Shown: in pieces, positions 1-9,215 of the stretch
How positions within the stretch are numbered: the stretch's first letter is position 1
How the letters are laid out: every line of letters starts with the position of its first letter
NCBI GenBank assembly: GCA_943359415.1
Contig: CALRHQ010000002.1
Span: forward strand, 1 to 37,098
DNA length: 37,098 bases
Reading direction: 5' to 3'
Source: Candidatus Peribacteria bacterium
GTDB taxonomy: Bacteria > Patescibacteriota > Gracilibacteria > UBA1369 > LOWO2-01-FULL-3
Translations under genes and position numbers: made by a program
The notes under the pieces: generated by a model
What the model saw: only the letters and a program-made list of their open reading frames with translations
Told to the model about the DNA's origin: nothing
The model's database searches: none

Positions 1-2
1 TC

Positions 3-1637
<1,635 letters not shown>

Positions 1638-1639
1638 GG

Positions 1640-1683
1640 AAGATTTTGAGTAGACAGATCTCCTTTTTCCTTCTCAAAATCTT
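1640..1683 (+). terminator. Hairpin 3 nt after the groL stop codon (11-bp perfect stem, 22-nt loop); possible terminator or 3' stabiliser
   Basis: AAGATTTTGAG (1640-1650) is the exact reverse complement of CTCAAAATCTT (1673-1683). The stem is AT-rich and no clean T-run follows, so it is not a textbook intrinsic terminator. Confidence 0.3.
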
Positions 1684-1739
1684 TGCAAAAATGTATTTGC
1701 CGTAGTATTATTTTTGCGTGTAAATTTAAAATAAAAAAA

Positions 1740-3353
1740 ATGAGTATAAAAAAATATATTTCCAAATCTGTTTCGACTTTTTTGATCGTGGCTCTTTTGA
1801 TTGGATCGTTTGTGTATATGGCTTCTGTTGTCGCAATGGCTGCAGAATGGATTGGGGATGATGAAGAAATTCTTGATCATAATAAAGGTTTCGTGAGGAT
1901 GACTGCTGAAGAAAAGGCTGCGGCGGATGCGGTAGCAAGAGATGAGGCTGAGGCAAAAGCTGCTGAGGCTCCAACGGAAAAAGCGGCCGAAGAAGTTGTT
2001 GAAACTGTAGAAAGAACTACTGTTGAAGAAAAAGCGGCTGAAGAAGTTTACACGGAAAATACTACCAGATACCAGCCTCCTGTCGAAGAAGTGACGGTAG
2101 AAACTACTACACGAGAAGAGGTTGTAACTGAGGAATCTATTGTAGATGCTACAGAAAGAAATGAGGTTTCAGAAGAAACAAGTACGAGAGATGAGGTAGC
2201 GACGGAGCAGACTGCGTCAGAAGAAAGTTCTACTACTGAGGTTGTTGCTGTTGGTGTTTATACTGAAGAGGTAAGGGAAACTATTACAGATTCTTTGACG
2301 GATGCGATTGCTGATTCCGGTGGTGTGCCTGTTGAAGTGTATATTGGAAATGGTGAATATGCTCAATTATCAAGTGATTCTGACGTCGCGAAGCTTACTC
2401 AGATTGATAAAATGACTGATCAAGTTTCAAGAGATTGGAATAATAATGGAATTGTTGATTCTATTGAGGTTCAAACAACTGGAGAAATTACCTTTGATTC
2501 TACGAGAAAAAATGAAGCTGTGAAGGTGGCTGTTTATGGGAATGTTGCCACTGGAGAAACTGTCATAGTTTCTGTTCCTGAAACTATGACCAAAGGTACA
2601 ACTGCTCCACAGGTTGTTGGAGATAAACCTTTTTTGAAAACAAAAATCGAACCAAAATCAGGAGAAGATGCGAGTACTGTGAAAGATCAAACTTTGGAAA
2701 TTAAAATTTATGATGCAGATGATAAACTTGTTGAGGTTCAAACTGTAATAACTGATGAAAATGGAGTTGCCACTTATAATCCAAAAGTGTCTCTTCAAAA
2801 TGGAAATTATTCAACGACTACTACAAATAAGGCAGGTGAAGTTATTGCTGTTAAAGAACTGACGGTTGAGGCTGAAACTGTACCGTTGGCCCCTGTTATT
2901 GAATTTAAAGAAATGAATCCACGAACAAGTGATGCTCAAATGAATTCAACTGTGGGTGGATTTGCAGAGTTGAATTATGCTCAAGCTTCTGTGCTTGGAG
3001 CTGATGTATCTGTAAAGGAAGTTGATATAGTTCAGTATTTGCTTAGAGCTTATATTTATAAAATTTATCCTTATCTTGATCCGGAAAATCAAGATGCTGT
3101 TTTAGAGGCTGGTATCTCTGTTGTGAAAGGCGAAGTTCCAAAGGTTGTAGAAGGGTCTGCACCGGAGGGAACTGTTATTTTTGTCACTTGGAAAAGTATA
3201 GTTGGGTATTCTATCGTAATGGCTGATGCAAAAGGCAAATTCAAGGTTGAAGATCCAGGAGTTGCAAAAGGAAATCATGAAGTTATTGCCTTTGTATATG
3301 ATTCTAAAAAGAATCTTGTTGGAAATGCTACGTCAATATTATTCAAAAAATAA
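1740..3353 (+). CDS. Secreted or membrane-anchored hypothetical protein with an acidic E/T/V/A-rich low-complexity region and a beta-rich C-terminal half
   Basis: I chose the internal Met at 1740 (MSIKKYISKSVSTFLIVALLIGSFVYMASVVAMA|AE), which gives a signal-peptide-like N-terminus. The track start at 1683 lies inside the groL hairpin. The motif EKAAEEV occurs twice. No family was recognised. Confidence 0.7.
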   Translation: MSIKKYISKSVSTFLIVALLIGSFVYMASVVAMAAEWIGDDEEILDHNKGFVRMTAEEKAAADAVARDEAEAKAAEAPTEKAAEEVVETVERTTVEEKAAEEVYTENTTRYQPPVEEVTVETTTREEVVTEESIVDATERNEVSEETSTRDEVATEQTASEESSTTEVVAVGVYTEEVRETITDSLTDAIADSGGVPVEVYIGNGEYAQLSSDSDVAKLTQIDKMTDQVSRDWNNNGIVDSIEVQTTGEITFDSTRKNEAVKVAVYGNVATGETVIVSVPETMTKGTTAPQVVGDKPFLKTKIEPKSGEDASTVKDQTLEIKIYDADDKLVEVQTVITDENGVATYNPKVSLQNGNYSTTTTNKAGEVIAVKELTVEAETVPLAPVIEFKEMNPRTSDAQMNSTVGGFAELNYAQASVLGADVSVKEVDIVQYLLRAYIYKIYPYLDPENQDAVLEAGISVVKGEVPKVVEGSAPEGTVIFVTWKSIVGYSIVMADAKGKFKVEDPGVAKGNHEVIAFVYDSKKNLVGNATSILFKK

Positions 3354-3358
3354 GACTT

Positions 3359-3766
3359 ATGTATAAAGATGATGACATCATTGATTTAAGAGGAAAACGT
3401 CTAAAGGATGAGAACGTTGAGTTCCGTATAGGTCGTGAGACTACTATAGTTGGTGAGTCTGAAAATCGTGTTGCCAAAGAAGTAGGTGCTTCTTCTATTT
3501 CTGTTGCTGAAGAGGAAACGTCAAGGGTTAATGATAAAGTGAAAATTAAATTTGATAAATTTGTAAATCTTATCGCGACTCATGCATATGAAGATGTTGT
3601 GCGAAAACATGCTGATGATGATGTAATAATTTCTACTGATCTTTTGGCCGATATTGCGAATGCTCATGATGAAGAAGAAAGCGACACAGGTCATAAAATT
3701 CCGATGATCTTTATCATAGGAATTGCGCTTGGGATAGCTCTTACTTATATTTTGTTTAAGATGTAA
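3359..3766 (+). CDS. Small hypothetical protein (135 aa) with a single C-terminal transmembrane anchor
   Basis: The ORF starts 5 nt after the preceding gene. It has an acidic soluble part and a C-terminal hydrophobic segment (IPMIFIIGIALGIALTYILF). No family was recognised. Confidence 0.55.
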   Translation: MYKDDDIIDLRGKRLKDENVEFRIGRETTIVGESENRVAKEVGASSISVAEEETSRVNDKVKIKFDKFVNLIATHAYEDVVRKHADDDVIISTDLLADIANAHDEEESDTGHKIPMIFIIGIALGIALTYILFKM

Positions 3767-3782
3767 TTCATAATTTATTAGA

Positions 3783-4499
3783 ATGCCAAAATTAAAATAT
3801 AAAAGAATTTTGTTGAAACTTTCCGGAGAGGTTTTCAAGGGGGATCTTCCTTCTGGAATTGATGGAGAAATTTTGATGAAATTTGCAAAGGATATAAAAA
3901 AACTTCAAGATCTTGGTGTACAAGTTGGGATTGTGATTGGTGGTGGAAATATTTGGAGATTTAGAGATTTTAAACATTTGAAACTTGATCGTGTTACGTC
4001 TGATTCTATCGGAATGATGGCGACATGTATGAATTCTTTAGCTCTTGAGAATGCACTAAAATATATAGGGGCCGATGTTCGCGCTGTGACAAATTTTCCT
4101 TGTGAAAAAGCTATGGAAACGTATGTCCCAAAACGTGCTCAACAACATTTGGATAAAGGCCGAATTGTGATTTTCGCAGGAGGAACAGGTCATCCGTTTT
4201 TCACTACTGATTCTGCTGCGGCACTTATGGCTCTTGAAACAGGATGTGAAGTGCTTTTGAAGGCTACAAAAGTTGACTATGTTTACGATAAAGATCCAAA
4301 AAAATTCAAAGATGCCAAGAAGTTTACGAAGATGACTTTTATGCAAGTTCTTGAGCGAAAACTCGAGGTTATGGATCTTACTTGTGCAAGTATGTGTATG
4401 GATGGAAATTTACCTATGATTGTTTTTAATCTGGAAAAATCAGGAAATATTGAAAAGGCCGTGAAAGGGGATACGATTGGAACTATTATTTCGAATTAA
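3783..4499 (+). CDS. pyrH: UMP kinase
   Basis: KRILLKLSGEVF...GIVIGGGNIWR...IFAGGTGHPFFTTDSAAALMA are hallmark amino-acid-kinase/UMP kinase motifs. It sits in the conserved pyrH-frr order. Confidence 0.95.
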   Translation: MPKLKYKRILLKLSGEVFKGDLPSGIDGEILMKFAKDIKKLQDLGVQVGIVIGGGNIWRFRDFKHLKLDRVTSDSIGMMATCMNSLALENALKYIGADVRAVTNFPCEKAMETYVPKRAQQHLDKGRIVIFAGGTGHPFFTTDSAAALMALETGCEVLLKATKVDYVYDKDPKKFKDAKKFTKMTFMQVLERKLEVMDLTCASMCMDGNLPMIVFNLEKSGNIEKAVKGDTIGTIISN

Positions 4500-4522
4500 A
4501 ATTATTAATTAACAAAATTTAT

Positions 4523-5083
4523 ATGACTACAGCTGAAGCGATTTCAAATGCGGCCAAAGAATTTGAAAAAATTGTTGTGCATTTGAAAGAAGAATTTTCA
4601 AGACTTCAAATCGGACGTGCGAGTCCTGGGCTTGTGGAAGGTGCAAATGTTGAAATGTATGGAGTGACGCAACCTTTAAAAAATATTGCTAATATTTCTA
4701 TTCCTGATGCAAGAAGCATTCTTATTCAACCTTGGGATAAAAGTGCACTTACTCATATTGAAAAGGCCATTCTTGGAATGGGAACAGGATTGAATCCTAC
4801 GAGTGATGGGATTTGTGTGAGAGTTCCGATTCCACCTTTAACTGAAGAAAGAAGGACTGATTTAACAAAACATGTAAAACGTCTTGCTGAGGATGCGAGA
4901 ATTTCTGTGAGAACAGCTAGGCAGGAGGTGCTTGGTATTTTTAAAAAATTAAAAGCGGATGATGAAATCACTGAAGATGATCTATTCTCTGCGGATAAAG
5001 CTTTGCAATTAAAAGTTGATGAAGTTAATGCAAAAATTGACGAAGTTACTGTGGCAAAAGAGAAAGACGTCATGACAGTGTGA
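4523..5083 (+). CDS. frr: Ribosome recycling factor
   Basis: 186 aa, which is the canonical length. LKEEFSRLQIGRASPGLVEGANVEMYG...IQPWDKS...NPTSDG...RVPIPPLTEERR matches the RRF family. The gene ends at a TGA. Confidence 0.95.
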   Translation: MTTAEAISNAAKEFEKIVVHLKEEFSRLQIGRASPGLVEGANVEMYGVTQPLKNIANISIPDARSILIQPWDKSALTHIEKAILGMGTGLNPTSDGICVRVPIPPLTEERRTDLTKHVKRLAEDARISVRTARQEVLGIFKKLKADDEITEDDLFSADKALQLKVDEVNAKIDEVTVAKEKDVMTV

Positions 5084-5201
5084 AACTTTTGTAAATCATT
5101 GATTACTGCGTCAACTTCGTCGTTCTTTTCCTCGCTGTACTGTAAGTACAGCTCGTCAAAAACTCCTTGTTTCCTTGTACTGAATGATTTAGAAAAGTTT
5201 C
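5082..5201. repeat. 120-bp inverted-repeat element (25-bp arms, 22/25 paired) filling the frr-rseP spacer
   Basis: Arm 5082-5106 (GAAACTTTTGTAAATCATTGATTAC) pairs with arm 5177-5201 (GTACTGAATGATTTAGAAAAGTTTC), checked base by base. An inner 8-bp hairpin is GCTGTACT-gta-AGTACAGC (5134-5152). The left arm begins inside the frr TGA stop codon. Confidence 0.7.
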
Positions 5202-5224
5202 TTGTATAAAATAACTTTATTCCT

Positions 5225-6856
5225 ATGTCTTATGTGTTTACCGCTATAATATTTGTTCTGATTTTCTCGTTACTTATTTTGATTCATGAGTTGGGGCATT
5301 TTTGGGCGGCCAAAAGGTCAGGTGTAAAAGTTGAAGAATTCGGACTTGGTCTTCCTCCAAAAATTTTTGGAAAAAGGATTGGTGAAACGCTGTATTCTTT
5401 GAATTGGATTCCTTTTGGAGGATTTGTGAGACTTTTTGGTGAAGATAGTTATGATCCAAGTATCTTAAAAAAGAAAAGAAGTTTTGCTGCGGCAAGCCCA
5501 CGAAATAGATTTAAAATTGCTTTTGCCGGAGTCTTTATGAATTTCTTTTTGGCTTGGGTGCTTTTGTCTATCGGTTTTTCTGTTGGCATGAAGCCACTTA
5601 TTGGACCTGATGAAGTTTTTGATTATGTTAGTTCAGGCCAAGTCCAGCTCATAGAAGGAATAAAAATTAAAGATGTCTCCAAGGATAGTTTAGCGGAATA
5701 TGTAGGGATGAAAAAAGATGATCTTCTCTATTTGTTGAACGGTAAAAATGTAGGGGAAGAATTTTTGATGAGATTAAATACGAATCCTGTAGGAACTTAT
5801 AAAGTGAAAAGGGGGACTGAAATCTTGTCTTATGATGTGACAAAAGAAATGGTTGAAAAAACTGGCCTTAAGTCTCTTGGAATTGTTTTAGGAGATAGTA
5901 CTGCGTTTCCGAGGGTTAAAGTTTTTCATGTTGATCCAGCAGGTTCGCATTATGCTTATGGATTTAGAGATGGTGATATTATTATTAGTGTAAATGGGAA
6001 ACAGGTTTTTGATGTTTACCAATTTGAATCTTTTGTTCGCGGAATAAGTGTCTTGGAATATGAAATTTATAGAGATGGTGAAAGACAAAAAGTTATAGTT
6101 GAAGCTTCTCAAGGTAGAAAAGTTATTGTCTCTGACGTGTTGGCGGAAAGCCCTGCGGCAAAGGCCGGCATTTTGCCTAGGGACGTTATTTTGTCTGTGA
6201 ATGGTAAGAATGTTACGGATAGTCTTGAATTGATAAATTACGTCGATCTTCATGCTGGAGAGTCTATTGCTTATGCTGTTGAGAGAGATGGAGTTAAACT
6301 GTTTTTTGAAATAACACCTAATGATGATAAAAAAATTGGAGTGCTTTTGTCGGAACTTATGACTTATGCGAGTTTTAAAGATATGAGTCTTTATAATGTG
6401 AATGTCGTTTCTTCCGTTGCTGAAGTTAGAGATGAAAAATATCCTGTAAACGAAGCTTTGTATAAGTCTTTCACGGAAATGGTGAAAGTGTCCAAACTTA
6501 CGGCTTCGGCTTTCGGATCTTTTGTCGGAGGATTTTTGACTAAAGGAGAAGTTCCGGATGGCGTTTCAGGGCCTGTTGGAATTGCGAGGATGACACATAC
6601 TTTTGCCCAAGAAGGAGCTATTTCTTTGATAAGGTTTGTTGCTGTTTTATCACTTAGCTTAGCCGTTATAAATCTGCTTCCTTTTCCTGGGCTTGATGGG
6701 GGAAGAATATTTTTTATTATCGGAGAAGTTGTTTTAGGCAGAAGAATAAGCCGAAAAGTTGAAGCAAAGATTCATGTTTTAGGATATTTTCTAATATTAC
6801 TTTTGATCTTTGTTGTTACCTATAGCGACATAGTTCGATTGGTAAAAGGTGTGTAG
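5225..6856 (+). CDS. rseP: RseP-type site-2 protease (M50 zinc metalloprotease) with PDZ domains
   Basis: HELGH zinc motif in TM1 (LILIHELGHFWAAKRSG), a C-terminal NLLPFPGLDGGR motif and PDZ-like segments (e.g. GILPRDVILSVNGKNV). At 543 aa it is longer than typical RseP. Confidence 0.9.
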   Translation: MSYVFTAIIFVLIFSLLILIHELGHFWAAKRSGVKVEEFGLGLPPKIFGKRIGETLYSLNWIPFGGFVRLFGEDSYDPSILKKKRSFAAASPRNRFKIAFAGVFMNFFLAWVLLSIGFSVGMKPLIGPDEVFDYVSSGQVQLIEGIKIKDVSKDSLAEYVGMKKDDLLYLLNGKNVGEEFLMRLNTNPVGTYKVKRGTEILSYDVTKEMVEKTGLKSLGIVLGDSTAFPRVKVFHVDPAGSHYAYGFRDGDIIISVNGKQVFDVYQFESFVRGISVLEYEIYRDGERQKVIVEASQGRKVIVSDVLAESPAAKAGILPRDVILSVNGKNVTDSLELINYVDLHAGESIAYAVERDGVKLFFEITPNDDKKIGVLLSELMTYASFKDMSLYNVNVVSSVAEVRDEKYPVNEALYKSFTEMVKVSKLTASAFGSFVGGFLTKGEVPDGVSGPVGIARMTHTFAQEGAISLIRFVAVLSLSLAVINLLPFPGLDGGRIFFIIGEVVLGRRISRKVEAKIHVLGYFLILLLIFVVTYSDIVRLVKGV

Positions 6857-7161
6857 TAGAATTTTTCCACATAAGATTATCGTCGTTTTCCCTTGTGGAT
6901 GCGACGATTTTTGTTTGTGTGTTTTTTTAGGTTGCGGTGGTTGTCAAATATGTGATGTGGGATTATTGCGTTGAGTAAGGATGTGTTGTTTAATTGTGTG
7001 TTTTCCCTAAATGTTGTATGTCTGGTGTAGGAATTGTCTACTTGTAGTGGAGGGCTTATTTAAGGGTAAATCCCTTGTAGTTTATGGGTAAAATAAATAG
7101 TATTGGTGGTGCAAGAATTTTTTTGGAAAAATGTATTTCATACTATTTAATCTTTCCTATC
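6857..7161 (+). promoter_or_regulatory. 305-bp non-coding region upstream of dnaA; G+T-rich and C-poor; weak candidate for oriC or a dnaA control region
   Basis: My hand count of 6901-7020 gives G 36, T 56, A 20, C 8. One near-consensus DnaA box is TTTTCCACA (6863-6871) and one weaker reverse box is TGTGGATGC (6894-6902). The motif CTTGT(A/G)G occurs three times. Confidence 0.3.
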
Positions 7162-8601
7162 ATGACAAACCGTGAGCTTTGGACTAGTGTTTTAAATAGA
7201 ATCAAGCCTACTCTTCAAAAGGCTCATTTTATTACTTGGTTTCAAAATACGGCTGTTGTGAAGAACGAGGCAGGGGTCGTCACGGTTGGAGTGCCTACGA
7301 TGTTCGCAAAGGGCTGGATTTCATCAAAATACAACATCAAGCTTCTTCAAGCTATGCAAGAAATAGATGTTTCGGTTGAATCTGTTGAATATGATGTTTG
7401 CGCGAGATTATCTGAAGTTGAAAATATTGAAGCTCCAGAAATCAAATCTTTTTTCAATGAAGAGGATGATAAGAAGGTTAGAAAAGTTCGTAATATGAAT
7501 GAGGTGGTTGTTAAGAAAGGAAATTTTGGTGGACATATCTCAAGCCAAATGTTGAACAACAGATATGATCTTTCAAATTTCGTTGTTGGACGTGAAAACA
7601 TGCTTCCACATGCGGTTTGTACGGCTGTTTCAGATAATCCGGGAGGAATGTACAATCCACTTTATATTTATGGAAGTGTTGGTCTTGGAAAGACTCATTT
7701 GGTTCAAGCTATTGGAAATCAGATTTTGAAAAATTTTCCAGATATGGTTGTGAAATATATTACTGCTGAAAAATTTGTTACTGAAGTTGTTGAGGCGATC
7801 GGAAAAAGACATATGGCTAAATTCAAGGATCAATACAGAAATGTAGATGTTTTTTTGATTGATGATGTGCAATTTTTTGCAAGAAAAGATTCTTCACAGC
7901 AAGAATTCTTTCACACTTTCAATGAACTTTATGACAGAAACAAACAGATCGTTTTGACTTCAGACAGACCACCAAGTGAACTTGATGATTTGGATGAAAG
8001 ACTAAAAAGTCGTTTTGGAATGGGAATGGTTGTAGAGCTTCTTTTCCCTGATTTCGAGACAAGACTCGCGATTTTGAACGAGAAATGCAAAGATTTTGAA
8101 GTGTTGATTGATCCTGAAGTTTTGAGTTTTATTGCAAATAATGTTCATTGTAGTGTTCGTGAACTTGAAGGTGTTTTGCGCCAAGCTGTTGCGGAAAGCC
8201 AATTAAAAAATAGTGTTCCTACTATCAGATCTGTTGCGGAAATCATCAAAAGATTAAACAAAGCTCAGGAAATTATTGGTTATGATGTAAATGAAAAATC
8301 TGCGAAATCTTATGCAAAAACTTCAGAGGATGTTATGCAAATTGTCGCAAAATATTACAATATGAATTCCGGCGATTTGATGGGACAGGACAGGCATAAA
8401 GAGTTCATGATTCCACGACAAATCTGTATGTATTTGATCAAACATGAACTTGGCGAATCTTATGAAAAAATTGGTGACGGATTCGGCGGTAGAAACCACA
8501 CAACTGTAATGCACGCCTGCAAAAAGACCGAAATCATGCTAAAAAAAGATGTTCATTTGGTTCGTGACATCAATGCGATAAAGAGGGAGATGGGGATGTA
8601 G
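7162..8601 (+). CDS. dnaA: Chromosomal replication initiator DnaA
   Basis: I chose the start at MTNRELWTSVLNRIKP (7162), which matches typical DnaA N-termini; the track start at 7084 adds a non-conserved extension. Walker A is GSVGLGKTHL, Walker B is LIDDVQF, and the C-terminal DNA-binding domain reads IPRQICMYLIKHELGESYEKIGDGFGGRNHTTVMHA. Confidence 0.93.
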   Translation: MTNRELWTSVLNRIKPTLQKAHFITWFQNTAVVKNEAGVVTVGVPTMFAKGWISSKYNIKLLQAMQEIDVSVESVEYDVCARLSEVENIEAPEIKSFFNEEDDKKVRKVRNMNEVVVKKGNFGGHISSQMLNNRYDLSNFVVGRENMLPHAVCTAVSDNPGGMYNPLYIYGSVGLGKTHLVQAIGNQILKNFPDMVVKYITAEKFVTEVVEAIGKRHMAKFKDQYRNVDVFLIDDVQFFARKDSSQQEFFHTFNELYDRNKQIVLTSDRPPSELDDLDERLKSRFGMGMVVELLFPDFETRLAILNEKCKDFEVLIDPEVLSFIANNVHCSVRELEGVLRQAVAESQLKNSVPTIRSVAEIIKRLNKAQEIIGYDVNEKSAKSYAKTSEDVMQIVAKYYNMNSGDLMGQDRHKEFMIPRQICMYLIKHELGESYEKIGDGFGGRNHTTVMHACKKTEIMLKKDVHLVRDINAIKREMGM

Positions 8602-8605
8602 GCTA

Positions 8606-9121
8606 TTACTCTTTTGTATAGTGCAATTGAACCAACTCGGAATCGTAAGATTTTATTTTCAACAACTTCAAATTTTGTTCCGGATTTTTGTTTTGGAACA
8701 ATGCGATGCCTTCGCCAAGTAATATCGGAATTATTGTGACGATGTATTCGTCTATTAAATTTGCGTCTAAAAATTGATTCACTAGGTCTGCACCGCCAAC
8801 TAGCCACATATTTTTGTTATCTCCTAATTTTATATTTTCAATAATTGTTTGAACGTCACCACTGACAAAATGAAAGTTATCTGCTTTGTGTTTTGGTTCT
8901 TTTTTTGAAAAGATATAAACCTCTTTGCCTGCATGTGGATCTTCAATTTGTCTATGCGTTGCACCTCCTATGAGTACAGTTCCGACGCTTTCGTATAACT
9001 CTTTGAAGCCATAATCTTCTCCACTGTTGTCGTATTTTGTAAGCCAATCAATGTTGCCATCTTCTTTTGCAATAAAACCATCAAGACTTGTCGCTATGTA
9101 AAGAATTATTTTTTTATCCAT
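8606..9121 (-). CDS. Dihydrofolate reductase-family protein (RibD C-terminal domain-like)
   Basis: KIILYIATSLDGFIAKEDGNIDWL...VLIGGATHRQI...WLVGGADLVNQFLDANLIDEYIVTIIPILLGEGIALF is the typical RibD_C/DHFR-like pattern. The exact substrate is unknown. Confidence 0.8.
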   Translation of the reverse strand: MDKKIILYIATSLDGFIAKEDGNIDWLTKYDNSGEDYGFKELYESVGTVLIGGATHRQIEDPHAGKEVYIFSKKEPKHKADNFHFVSGDVQTIIENIKLGDNKNMWLVGGADLVNQFLDANLIDEYIVTIIPILLGEGIALFQNKNPEQNLKLLKIKSYDSELVQLHYTKE

Positions 9122-9215
9122 ATGTGATAATTATATATGTTTTCATTTTTATTGCCATTCTACTGCACTTTGCGCTAATATGTGTGCGTAAAAAAAATCA
9201 ATAAATTCTTCAAAT

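Noticed and set aside
5081-5208. Possible UGA recoding (code 4/25): the frr frame stays open for about 41 codons past its TGA
   Set aside because: Frr already has canonical length at the TGA. The extension is the inverted-repeat element and translates to low-complexity sequence. No long ORF in the window needs an internal TGA to stay intact. An open run of about 41 codons is not improbable by chance.
7084-7161. N-terminal extensions offered by the ORF track: dnaA from 7084, the 556-aa form from 1683, and the lipoprotein from 12737
   Set aside because: The extensions are non-conserved, hydrophobic or odd in sequence, and overlap upstream hairpins. Internal Mets give canonical DnaA, signal-peptide and lipobox N-termini.
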